DNA from: Octopus sinensis
Taxonomy: Eukaryota
Reading direction: 5' to 3'
DNA: 64,000 bases
NCBI RefSeq assembly: GCF_006345805.1
Contig: NC_043000.1
Location: 29,078,001 to 29,142,000, forward strand
Shown: positions 48,863-61,652 of the stretch, piece after piece
Layout: the number at the start of each line of letters is the position of its first letter
How positions within the stretch are numbered: position 1 is the stretch's first letter
Made by a program: the position numbers and the translations under genes
Notes under the pieces: generated by a model
Database searches by the model: none
Seen by the model: only the letters and a program-made list of their open reading frames with translations
What the model was told of the DNA's origin: nothing

Positions 48863-50401
48863 ATAAATGTTAGTGGGTGTTTTTGTGTGTTGATAAAACA
48901 GCCATATGTATACTCTCGATGTTCTCACAGTAACAACACTAAAATATAGAGGGTCCCGTCTTTTATAGGCTGACAAACATTTCGACAGCAACTGTACGGT
49001 GTGCATCGGTTCAAACGATGACGGTAACGGGGTGAAAAAAACAGTAAAACTTTAATTTCATAAACACATAGTTACTACCTTTTTAATTTCAATATTTAAT
49101 CTGTCTCGAAACAACAGGAGGTTTTAGGGAGGCGGGGGTTCTCTTTTCTGTCGCACTTTGAACGCATTCGGCTAACAAGGTCGATTCTTACAAAAGACAA
49201 GACGAGAAAAGAAACAAAAAGAAAAACAAGAAAACACAGAAAGAGCTGAGTTACCAACGAGAAAGAGTTGTGGAGGTGTCCTGATATTTATAGTGGTGTA
49301 AAATAATTTTATTATCGATTAAAAACTCTGAAATATTTAAATATCATATCAACACATGCAAAAGCATTAGTAATATCAGTAAAGCTCTGCATTCAGACAT
49401 TAAAGTTTTATGATCAGAGATGAGTTAGATGTCTGCAATAACAGTAAAAAGTTGACGTTTCTGTCCTACAAACACGATACTAACACACTTGGATGTTTCT
49501 TCCTTTCTGCAACTTCTACGTTCACTCTATTCTGTATTTTATACAGCCACGACTCTGCTTAGTTAAATATTAATGCAAATGCTTCGGTTCCATTGTTATA
49601 ATGTTCATTCTGTCACTATTCTCTTAATATTTTAAACAATTCCTACTCAATTATATACTATCAATACATGTACAACTGCTGTTTTAATCGAGCGATGTCT
49701 ATACTTTTAGTGTTTCATAAATATTTGATATAATGACTGCTTCGTTTTATTAATATTTATACATTTACTAGGTTATTAAAATTCATATTATCATTACTCT
49801 ATCATTAACTGTAGAGTAACTTTTCTATTAAAACTTACAGAATATCCGCTTTGCCATATTAAGTAGACTACCCGAAGTCGTTTATCATACCCCAACCTCT
49901 AACCTACGAATGTACTGGGTCTCCTCACCCTTCCTCTTCTATTTCTACCTCAGTGTTTTCTGCTCCCTTTAGCTAGCTCCTCCTGTATCATGTCCACACA
50001 AACCTCCAAGCACATTTGTTTCTTTCCTCTCGTCCCTTTTATGGGGAAAAAACCTCGCCAGATTTTGTGCTTACGAATCCTCATTCCTTTCTCTCTGCCC
50101 AATGCGTTATTCCACCAGAATTCCCCCGTTCTACACTAGTACTTCGCGTATCTCTTCAACAGGAGAATGGAGTACCGTTCGGTCACAATAGTGTCGGGAA
50201 AGGAAGGTGTTAAAGCCGCAGACGCACACATTTCTTCACACCTGACCACCATTAACAAATTTCAATATACATATGTATGCGTACAGGGGGAGGGGTGCTT
50301 GTGTGTAGGTGTGTAGTAAATACTTTGCTTCCCAACCTCATGGTCCCGGGTTCAGTCTCATCTAAGAACCTTACGCAAGTGTCTTTTAATATAGCCTTAG
50401 G

Positions 50402-50541
50402 CAACAGACCTTGAGCAAGTGTCTTCTACTATACAGCGTTTGTCCAATTCCACCCCACTAACTGCCTTAATTCACAATGGTCCAAATAGGACCATTATAT
50501 ATATATATATTATATATATATATATATAATATTATATATAT

Positions 50542-50576
<35 letters not shown>

Positions 50577-50912
50577 TATATACAAACTGGGACAAGAACG
50601 CAAAACATCCAGATAGACGATACAAAAAAAACGGACGGGTCATGGTCATTCGAAGCCTTTAATCTTCAGTCAAGAACCGGATCATCCTCGCAATTTCGGC
50701 TGATTAATCTTGAGATTGCTCCAATTTGGCCAGCCCCAAGGAAAAACTAAGCTAAGAGCATTAGATTCCTTGGAAAAAAGGACGGAAAAACGGACGATGT
50801 TACAGGAATATAAATACAAAAATAATACAAAAAAAAACAATGATAATAATAATAATAACAGGACATAACAACAAGCGTCTTTCGACTGGAGACGAATTGA
50901 ATTCAGCTGGCG

Positions 50913-50970
<58 letters not shown>

Positions 50971-51036
50971 AATGGTCCTATTGGACCATTGTTAATTAAC
51001 GCTGTATAGTAGAAAACACTTGCCCAAGGTCTGTTG
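50402..51036. repeat. Inverted repeat (50402-50497 / 50970-51036) enclosing (TA)n-family F-(TA)n
   Basis: caacagaccttg(a/g)gcaagtgt..ctactatacagcgtt..aatggtccaa(a)taggaccatt mirrored. Confidence 0.8.
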
Positions 51037-51470
51037 AAATTTACCTATTATGTCACGGTGAGATTCAAGGCAACTAACTAGGGAGACAGGAAAGTGAAAA
51101 TTTACGTCTCAGCAATATTAAATTGATGTCTGGCTGGTTCGTTGAGCAAATCGGCCTTACCAGTCTGGTCGGAAGAACATGAGTATAGTGAGGTCTTCTC
51201 AGACTAAATAATTCCAAAAGTGTTCAGCGATTCTCATAAACAAACTTTTCACTGATTAAATCTACGAGGAATTTAATGTCAAAAGCTGTTAGATACAAAC
51301 GGTGTTAATTTTTTTACAGGTTGTCATCTAATCATAAACAAAGAAGAAACTCGTAGCCAAAACCAGTAAAATAAATATGCATACCACCATCTCTCACTCT
51401 CTTTCTCTATCTATCGCCATCTCTCTCTCTCTCCTTCTCCCTCTCTCTCCCTCTCTCTCTCTCTGTCTCC

Positions 51471-51511
<41 letters not shown>

Positions 51512-51787
51512 TATAAATACAGTGTACATTTAAACACATACGAAGTGAGAATTTTTTCTCACCCAGATATTTATATATATGTAAGACCAAAGTGTAGGGC
51601 TGGCCAGATTGGGGCAATCTCAAGAATAATCAGCCGAAATTGCGAGGATAATCTGGTGCTTGACTTAGGAAAGAAAACTTCGAATGACCCGTTCTTGTTT
51701 TCTTTGTATCGTCTATCTGGATGTTTTGTCCCTTTTTGTATCACCTAGCTGTCTGGATGTTTTGCGTTCTTGTCCCATTTTGTATTT

Positions 51788-51824
<37 letters not shown>

Positions 51825-52429
51825 CATTGTATGTGTATACATACATACAATACATACATACATACATACACATACATACATACAGGTATGACGGCACGTG
51901 GCTTAGTGGTTAGGGTACTCGGTTCACGATCGAAAGGTTGTAAGTTCGATACATGGCAGCGTGTTGGGCCCTTGCGCAAGGCACTTTATTCCTCGTTCCT
52001 CCAGTTCACTCGACTGGCAAAAATGAGTAGTACCTGTATTTCGAAAATTTAGTGTCATCCTGAATCTCCCTGAGAACTACATTAAGAATACCTTTAATTA
52101 CGGGGACATAAACACACCAGTATCGATTGTCTCCCCGAAAGGAGACCACAAAATACTGAAAGGCGTTGCTCCAGCATGGTCCCAGTCCCTGGCTGAAACC
52201 AATGCAAGGAAAGAAAAAAATAAAAGAATAGAAGTGGCTGTGTGGTAAGAAGCTTGCTTCCCAGCAACATGGTCCGGGTTCAGTCACACTGTGTGGCACC
52301 TTCGGCAAGTGTCTTCTGCTGTAGCGTCAGGCCTACCAAAGACTTGTGAGTGGATATGGAAACTGAAAAAAACCCATCGTATATATATATATATATAATA
52401 TATATATATATATATTATATAATATATAT

Positions 52430-52468
<39 letters not shown>

Positions 52469-52660
52469 TGTGTGTGGTGTGTGTGTGGCTTAGATTTTCC
52501 TTTGGGGCTGGCCAGTTCAGAGCAATCTCAAGATTAATCAGCCGAAATTGCGAGGATGATCCGGTTCTTGACTGAAGATTGAAGGCTTCGAATGTCTCGT
52601 CCGTGTTTTTTGTATCGTCTTCTAAATGTTTTGCGTTCTTGTCCCAGTTTGTATTTTTTT
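50580..52660. mobile_element. Three copies of repeat family F (50580-50912; inverted 51595-51790 and 52485-52660)
   Basis: Shared gcaatctcaaga..aatcagccgaaattgcgagga..ttgtcccagtttgta; (TA)n-abutting, possibly PLE-derived. Confidence 0.75.
51888..52228 (+). mobile_element. Chimeric SINE: D-like head with A/CR1-type tail
   Basis: ggcacgtggcttagtggttagg..agttcgatac head; ends aaaggcgttgctccagcatggtcccagtccctggctgaaacc. Confidence 0.55.
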
Positions 52661-53255
52661 ACATATATATATATATATATATATATCTTTTACTTGTTTC
52701 AGTCATTTGACTGCAGCCATGCTGGAGCACCACCTTTAATCGAGCAACTCGACCCCGGGACTTATTCTTTGTGACGGGGACATAAACACACCAGCATCGG
52801 TTGTCAAGCAATGCTAGGGGGACAAACATAGACACACAAACATACATGCACACACACATATATATACATATATACGACGGGCTTTGGTCGGCCCGAGGCT
52901 ATAGTAGAAGACACTTGCCCAAGGTGCCACGCAGTGGGACTGAACCTGGAACCATGTGGTTGGTAAGTAAGCTACTTACCACACAACCACTCCTGCGCCT
53001 ATATATATATATATATACACACACACATACAAACACATATATATATATATATATTGTACCTCACAATCGCTTGACAACCGATGTTGGTGTGTTTACGTCC
53101 CCGTAACTTAACGGTTCGGCAAAAGAGACCGATAGAATAAGTACTAGACTTCCAAAAAATACGTCCTGGGATCGAACTGCTCGACTAAAGGCGGTGCTCT
53201 AGCATGGCCGCAGTCATATGACTGAACTGAAACAAGTAAAAGAATAAAATAAAAT
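52232..53255. mobile_element. Nested SINE A: + copy split by family F and a complete - copy
   Basis: A+ head 52232-52382, F, A- 52686-53000, A+ tail 53045-53255. Confidence 0.75.
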
Positions 53256-53554
53256 ATATATATTCCTTTATTCTTTTATTTGTTTCTGTCATTTGACTGC
53301 GGCCATGTTGGGGGGGGGGACAAACACAGACACACAAACATATTCATACATACACATACATACATACATACATACATACATACATACATACATACGGTGG
53401 CTGCCCCCTCGTTATCGAGTATGGCCATTGCACGAAGCTGAATCAATGTTGTTATCATGCAATGCCTGTGCAAGAAGATTTTTTTTAAGTGAGAAAAGGC
53501 TGTGCACTGAGTCAATCCCACTCACTAAGCAACAGCAGCCATAATCCGAAAACA

Positions 53555-53945
53555 AGAACAAGTCAACATCATCGGTAACCATTGAGCCGCAGATTTTATG
53601 TCGGAGTTATCTCAGTTACCTGAGTTACCTTCTCCTAGAAGGATGCCCTAACAAAGGCTAGGAGTCCTTCACTCCCAATGGTTTAACCGCGCGATCGGGT
53701 ATTCAGTCCGATTATTTCTATGTCCCCGCGCATGATACAGCCTTAAGACATTTATTGGATGACCGTTGACTCTCAAGAATTCCTCCGCCCATTGACGGAT
53801 TTTGTTTTTCATTGCACAGGGTGTCCAATAAACACCTTCCTCACCAAGCAAGCTTGGTGGGATTGCCAGTTTAGTCGCCGACGACCCGATCATGCAACAG
53901 GTTGTACTGGGTTACATGTTACCAGTAGCACTCGAAAGTGACCTG
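53555..53945 (-). mobile_element. Probable RTE-type 5' UTR or non-autonomous derivative
   Basis: rc gggcatccttctaggagaaggtaactc resembles the RTE 5' UTR motif as I recall it; no ORF. Confidence 0.4.
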
Positions 53946-54044
53946 ACATAACATACATACATACATACCTACAAACATACATACATACATACATGCATAC
54001 ATACATGCATGCATACATACATACACACACACACACATAGACAT

Positions 54045-54087
<43 letters not shown>

Positions 54088-54120
54088 CATAATATATATG
54101 TATGTATATATATATATATA

Positions 54121-54280
54121 CGACAGGCTTCTTTCAGTTTCCGTCTACCAAATCCACTCTCAAGGCTTTGGTCGGCCCGAGGCTATAGTAGGAGACACTA
54201 GCCCAAGGTGTCACGCAGTGGGACTGAACCCAAAACTATGTGGTCAGTAAGCAAGCTACTTATCACACAGCTACTCCGTG
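54121..54280 (-). mobile_element. SINE family A head
   Basis: Direct similarity to other A heads. Confidence 0.85.
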
Positions 54281-54979
54281 TATATATATATATATATATA
54301 TATGTGTATAAAATATCTTGGCTTCCTACATCAAGGTTGCTAGCGTGCATTTCACTATAAACATAACGATATACATAAATAACGGCTTCTACCCGTACGA
54401 ACATTATATTAAGTACTTGTACACACACACACACACACACACACTCACCCCCCCCCCACACACACACACACGCACAAACACACACAAACACACCCACAAA
54501 TATATATATATATAATATATATATACATATACATGTGCGTGTGTGTGTATGTGTGTCTATATACATTTATACACACATAAATATAGGAGTGACAATGCCA
54601 CCAAGTGATATGTACAAACTTTTTCTTCTATTTTACAATAGGCGAGAAATTTTGCTTTGAACACATTTTACGAGCTCCCTCTTCCCGTTCATTATAATTT
54701 TATAGAAGTCATTAATAACAAACATAATTATCTCTAATAAAGCAATGCCTAAGTGATAAGCAACACGGCTAGTCTCTGCTTTGACTGTGTGTATATGCTT
54801 CTTTGTGTGTATAAGAGAGCGAGACAGAGGGACAGAGAGGGAGAGAGAGTTTATTTGTAAGTAATTGTGTTGGGGTGGGAGAGGGAGAGCGAAGAAGTAT
54901 GTGTTATGTAGAAGAGTGTGACGAGGAAAAGTGACTGAAAGACACTTGCATCATCGTTGGACACTTAATCTGCATTTGT

Positions 54980-55159
54980 ATGTATGTGTGTAGTTGTAAA
55001 TGGCTATGTGTGTGCGTGTGTGTGTGTTTATGTATGTATGTACCTATATATGTGTGTATGTACACAAACACATACACACATATATATATAGATATATATA
55101 CACATATACATATGTATATATTTATATACAATATATACATATATATATATGTATGTATG

Positions 55160-55196
<37 letters not shown>

Positions 55197-55259
55197 GAGT
55201 ATATATGTTCATATGTATATACGGATACATACATGTATAGGTATATGAATATATATATG

Positions 55260-55291
<32 letters not shown>

Positions 55292-55509
55292 TGTATGTAT
55301 GTATATGTATATATACACATCAGTATATATATTCATATGTATATACAGATACATACATGTATATGTATATGAATATATATATGTATATGAATGTACGTAT
55401 ATATATTTATATACATATATACTACATATATAAGCACACAAATACATATGTATATATATATATGTGTGTGTGTCTTATGTGTATAATGTATATATATATA
55501 TATGTGTGC

Positions 55510-55541
<32 letters not shown>

Positions 55542-55650
55542 GTGCGTGTGTGTGTGTGTGTGTGTGTGTATGTATATTACATCTATATGAATGTAGTTAT
55601 GTATCTGTATATGAATGCATACATATATATATGTACATGTACATATACAT

Positions 55651-55681
<31 letters not shown>

Positions 55682-55695
55682 ATATATAATATATA

Positions 55696-55755
<60 letters not shown>

Positions 55756-56120
55756 CAGACTTATTTACATTAATAGTCGTGTACAAATATTCAAATGTAT
55801 GAGTGTGTATGAGACAGAACATTGAATACACGTATCATACATGACCAATTCCAAAGTATTAAGAGCCTTGTGAAATTGGAACTAAACAGTTACATCAGCA
55901 CAGCGTTTATGTGCACTTTATTCCATTAAGAATGTCCCATGGGACGGCTAGAAAACGAAACGTTCTTACAGGCTTCAAGAATAATTTGCACAAGATGACA
56001 CGTAATGAAACAGCACAGCGACACAGCTACATAGCTGCATAGCTACAAAGCTAGTGGACTGATGTCTGTGCTTTATGTGGAATACTTATATGGTAAATGA
56101 ATTGTGCGTATGCATAAGAC

Positions 56121-56162
<42 letters not shown>

Positions 56163-56470
56163 CATACATGTGCATACAAATATATATATTAAAATATGTA
56201 TGTATATACGCATGTATATATCACATACATACATATACAACCATGTAACATTGATAAATATATGTGCATATATATATATATATATTATATGCACATATCC
56301 ATATATATACATATTTGTGTGTATATATATTTATATAAACATATACACATATGTACATTTATATTACATACATACGTATGCGTTTGTGTACGTGAGCGTT
56401 CGCGCGTGTGTGTGTGTTTTCTGTGCATGTGTGAGTGGAAGAGAGAGTCTGTGTGTCTCTGAATATGTGT

Positions 56471-56523
<53 letters not shown>

Positions 56524-56540
56524 TGTGTGTGTGTGTGTGT
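54980..56540. repeat. (TA)/(TATG)/(GT) microsatellite fields including a ~120-bp tandem pair at 55188-55390
   Basis: Direct reading. Confidence 0.9.
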
Positions 56541-56900
56541 ATCGGTTTTATTTTGTGAACTTCAACTAAAAAAAAAGGAGCCATTTTCCAACCCCAGAAC
56601 CAACGCTGCTAATATTGGAATTTAGATATCCTTTAGATAGTCACGCCCTCTACCCATGCATGCATGTTAATGTATGTGCAGATCCGCATGTTTTGACGTA
56701 GTGCATATATCTGCATATACACATATTTACATGTATATATATATGTGTGTGTATCTGGAATATTTTGCACATATTCAGTTCTTAACAGCTTGTAATTGTA
56801 AATGCTTAACCTTGTCTTTTCTGCTTTGTGAAATGCAACTATACTACGTCACTTAGCTATACAGAGAGTGTCTCGTAATGGGAAACACTTTTTTTTGTAA

Positions 56901-57285
56901 CTAGAGTATCTCGCCCGCGTTGCTCGGGTTTGTTTCGACCCTTTAGAATTGGAATTTTCGAAAAGTAATTTTGCACGATGTAGCTTGTTATTCTCTTTTA
57001 GTGAACATTTTTCTGGTTGAAATACACCGAAAAATGGCGACACAGCAGTCAAAAAATCGTAAAAAACAGGGATTTTCAGAGAAAAAAGCATCTTTTTGAT
57101 GTAAATAATTTTTGGTGTTAACATGGTCCGATTTGAATTTTTTTCTTCAATGAAAGAAGAGCAAGCCTTCTATCATACTCTCAATTTTGGTCAACTTGCG
57201 CCGCAGGGTCTCGGAGGAGATAGTGTTAGTTGAAGGCTACCAAACCTGTCATACACAGACAACTTCAGCTTTATATAGAGAGAGA
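56901..57285 (-). mobile_element. Non-autonomous Helitron, same family as 38390
   Basis: rc of 38390-38775 with hairpin and CTAG end; adjacent 56609-56900 is rc of 38776-39063. Confidence 0.85.
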
Positions 57286-57352
57286 TTTACGCGATCATGG
57301 AACACATCTTTAAATGTATAGTATTTCAGTTGCTGGATTTTAGAAGTTAGTA

Positions 57353-57794
57353 CAGGTTATCGTCGAATTACGACCACAATTGGTTCCGAATGACTGGTTG
57401 TAAGTCGGCCTATAAGTCTACATAGCTTTGTTTTATATTTTTACATTTTTAGGGTACACTCTTAGGTAAACGTTACAGACAGCATTCTGTATTATACTAT
57501 TATACTGGCGTTAGTCAAAAATTTCGCTGTCTCAAGCAGTCGTCTTGTAAACAAATACGAGGTTGCCTCGATGTATTCGCGACAGGATAATCATCCAACA
57601 CAGTGGCGATCGATAACCAAAACTAGGGGAAGCGTTTGTTAGCTGACATCATCCGTAGACAGGTTAATTTCTAAGAAACTAAACCCATTAGATTTCAATT
57701 AGACTATTTATTATTGTTGCCGGGTTCTGACGCACCAATCGTCGTAAAGTAGATCGGTCGTAAGTCGGATAGGTCGTAAGTCGATGACGACCTG
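57353..57794. mobile_element. pogo/Tigger-like MITE
   Basis: TA-caggttatcgtcgaattacgacc ... ggtcgtaagtcgatgacgacctg-TA. Confidence 0.8.
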
Positions 57795-57981
57795 TAATGG
57801 TTATCGTTTTCTTTAGTGCGTCATTAGTGTTTGTAGTTTCTAATCCTTGACGAAGTCACCATCGACGCCATTAGAACGTGCATTTATTCCGGAAGTATAC
57901 TTCACGTTTTATCGTTAACATTGTATTAACGTCTGAGGCGGTGAGCTGGCAGGACCGTTAACAAAGCCGGGAAAAATGTTC

Positions 57982-58085
57982 TTTTATTATTCTACTTGTT
58001 TCAGTCATTTGACTGCGGCCGTGCTGGAGCACTGCCTTTAGTCGAACAAATCGACCCCAGGACTTATTCTTTGTAAGCCTAGTAC
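57982..58085 (-). mobile_element. SINE family A tail
   Basis: Direct similarity. Confidence 0.85.
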
Positions 58086-59084
58086 ATTAAGGAAATAAGG
58101 AAGCCTGATGATGAATCATTCATTCGAAAACCCACACAACGAAATGGACTGTAACATCCAACAAAAAGGTTCGCTCATGGTTACCTGTCATATTTAGGGT
58201 AATTCAATACCTTTCCATTTCCATTCTTGTCTACCTATGTGTCCATCTATCTATTTAGTCATCTATCTATCAATCTATCGGTCTTTCCGTCTATCTATCC
58301 ATCCATCCATTTGTCTATCTCACCATCTCTATATCAATCTCTCCACTTAACTATCCATCTTTCTAGCTATTTATCTATCTGTCTATCAATCTAACTACCT
58401 ATCGACTTTTCTGTCCGAAAACCTATTAAAGCAAATTAAACCGCCTTGTACTTTCTTGTACTTCGCTGCCTTTCGTTGTCTTTTATTTTCTTTTTATCTT
58501 CTTTTATTGTCTTTCCAAACCTCTCCTACTAACAACATTTAACCACACAGACATCCTGTTAACCTAGTAAATTGAATCTGTATCGCCTTTCACATACAAT
58601 ACTTCAGAAGAATGAAATATAATGTATGGTGCCATTTCAATAAAGTGAATTTTAGAATCAAGCACGATATGTCGCCTGTTCTAAAGTATTAAGATGTGGA
58701 GGCGGTTCTACATCATCTTTATTCTGTCACTTAGAAGCTATTCATGGCGCAGAAGACAGTAAAATGTAGTTAGCAAACTGTTAGTAAACAATGGACGACG
58801 AATGACTTATGAAGATGTTGCAAGACTGACCGGGGAAGAAGTTCTGGTTTTAACTGAATCGCTAATTATTATATGCACTTAAAACAGCCTTAGATTAAAC
58901 TACCGAAATGGATGATGATGATGATGATGGGAGGCGGCGGCTGGTGGTGGTGGTGGTGGTGGTGTGGGTGGTGGTGGTGGTGGTGGTGGTGTTAGTCTCT
59001 CGTAGTCTGACAAAGACGATTCTGCAATTTCTTGCTGAGCGACCCAGTGTTTGTGTTATACACTAGCTTACTCTCTCCATCAAA

Positions 59085-59250
59085 TGGACATTGTCTGAAC
59101 AGAAGCGCAGTGTACCACGCGTCAGGCGTCGAAGTGGTCGCAGAGCAACGTGAGGCGAAGAGCTTTGCTCAAGAACACAACGCCCCACCCGGTCCAAGAA
59201 TTAAAACCACAATCTTGCGATCGTGAGTACATCACCGTGACTACTAGGAC
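59085..59250 (-). mobile_element. SINE family D head and core, diverged
   Basis: gagcaacgtgaggcgaagagctttgctcaagaacacaacgcc..ccggtcc. Confidence 0.65.
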
Positions 59251-60331
59251 ATGCACCCTCACACCGATCTGTATACGTATTTATAATGTGTATACAAACA
59301 TGGAACGGGACCATCTGCAATATTTTTTCGCATAGAAGCGTCTCAAAAAGACTTGAGGGCTACAAAACACGTAACTTCTCTCAGATTTCCAGTGAATCCC
59401 TACAAATGATGTTTTAAGCTGATTTTGGTCTTCTCAGCGACCAATACACCGGGCGTTCTGATCCAAGCCGAAAATATTTGTTCTGATATAGAAATCGATA
59501 AACAAAACATTTACTGTTTTGTACGAAAGCTAACCAGGCTGGAATTAAATCAATAAAAGCATTTTAAACATCCTTAGATTAGAATATCGGTGTGTATATT
59601 CATTTATAATGTGTATACAGACGTGAACTGCACAACTAGCTGTAATATTTTGGGTCAGAGAAACTTCTCAGAGAATCGGATGTTAAAATCACGGCTTTGT
59701 TCAGAATACGAAATGGATCGCTAGACATGATGCTTCGAAATTCAAGAAATTATGAAATATTCCTCCTGCCAATGTCATGAATATAAGGAATACGGTACTT
59801 TATTATGTTGCTGAAAAGAAAATTAATTTGTGTTCTTATTTTAAGAACCATCATAAATTAGAAGTAGATTGTGGATTTTCTTTAACATTGGGTGAATAAC
59901 ATCATTGCAAAATAGTTGATATATTAAATATTAATGCTCACAGGTCCCTGGGTCATATTAAATTGTACGGATCATTTAATAAGATTCAGACAGCTGAAGT
60001 AGTTTCTATGAGAAGAGTTTAGCTCGATTTAAATCAGAATAGAGTCGGTTGCACAATAAATAGAACTAATTAGAGGTAAAATTCGAGAAAGAAATTAAAC
60101 TTTTCTATCAGAAATGTATAACTCACAGTATATAATTAGCTGCTGCATGTGATGTGCTGTATGCCAAAATGAGTGGAGTTATGGTTAAACGATCTAATGA
60201 AGAGATTGAGGACGGACTTGGTTCATAAATGGGAAGGCCTTGATTTTGTCATGGCAATTATTTCATTTTCTGGGATAACAATGAAGATGAGTCCTCACCG
60301 GAGCCTCAAGAAAACCACAAAACACTGTTCT

Positions 60332-60645
60332 ATCTTTTACTTTCTCCTGTTAATGAACTGCGGTCATGCTGGGGCACCATCTTGAAGGGTTACGGAGACG
60401 TAAATAAACCAATACTGGCTGTCAAGCGATGGTGGGTGACAAATACAAGCACAAAGACAGACACACTCTCACACAGGCTCACACATATACGGCAGGCTTC
60501 CACACAGTTTCCTCTCGACTAAATTCATTAGTCAATGCGGACGCTATTGTAGAAGATACTCGCCCAAGATGCTGCACAGTGGGACTGAACCCGAAACCTC
60601 GTGGTTGCAAGGCGACCTTCTAAATCAAACAGCAATGCCAGCGCC
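60332..60645 (-). mobile_element. SINE family A, internally deleted
   Basis: Tail and head similarity. Confidence 0.75.
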
Positions 60646-60751
60646 TGCCTATTCACTGCGAAACACTGGTTGAGAAATTTAGAAAAATATCCAAAATCTT
60701 TTGCAAATCTCCAAATAATCTGAGTTCTTCAAGGAATTTTATTACCTTTTA

Positions 60752-60970
60752 TCTTCTGTCTTTTACTTGTTCCAGTCATTTGACAGCGGCCATACTGGGG
60801 CACCGCCTTAAAGGGTTTAGTCGAACATATCTATGCGAAGACATTTGAAAGCCAGTTACTTACTATTGGTCTCTTTTGCCCAGCCGCCTAGATTACGAGG
60901 TCGTAAACAAACAACACCGCCGTAAAGCGGTGGTGGGAAAAACACATACACAATGATACACACGACTCCT

Positions 60971-61023
<53 letters not shown>

Positions 61024-61230
61024 ATATATATATATATATAGGGAGAGTTTACGAAAAAAAAAAACAAAAGACGAAGACAGGTGGTGTAGGAGAAAACAAA
61101 CAGATGTATTAGTATAACGCTCAGGTAATAGAAAAAGTCTTTTACGTTTCGAGCCTACGCTCTTCTACAGAAAAGGACACAGAAAAAAAAAGAGAAGAGA
61201 ACAATGAGAAAAAAGTGTATAGTGGCTAAC
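60752..61230 (-). mobile_element. SINE A tail, (TA)n, then family E1 element (61041-61230) with HHR-like motif (61139-61175)
   Basis: rc CUGUAGA-A-GAGC-GUAG-GCUC-GAAAC-GU-A. Confidence 0.8.
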
Positions 61231-61251
61231 ACACACACACACACACACACA

Positions 61252-61291
<40 letters not shown>

Positions 61292-61652
61292 ATATATATA
61301 TATATGTATGTACGTACGTACGTATGTATGTATGTATGTATGTATGTAGGTATGTATGTATGTATGTATGTATGCATGTATAATTAAGGTTCCGTTGAAT
61401 TAGGTACTTAAATTAAGGCACCTTTCTAGGTCGATATAATCCGCACACCCAAACAATATTAATTGAGTACTGGATATCAAGACTCCGTGCAGGGGTGTTT
61501 GTACCTGATATTCCTGCCGTGTGTGCACACTACGCAACCCTGCAAAGTGAAGATATTCGCTCTTCGTAATCCAGACATGTACTTTTTATAAAGTTACTTT
61601 CTATAGTATTACCGAAATGCAAATTCCAAGTTAAGTGAATAGAATATATATG

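Noticed and set aside
52540-52600. Family F motifs CUGAAGA..GAAG/CUUC..GAAUGUC and GGCUG/CAGCC-GAAAU as hammerheads
   Set aside because: GAAA or CUGANGA core is broken in all three copies; suggestive of PLE ancestry but not callable
58044-58080. CUGAUGA-U-GAAU..AUUC-GAAA as a hammerhead
   Set aside because: No stem III, UH site or stem I pairing
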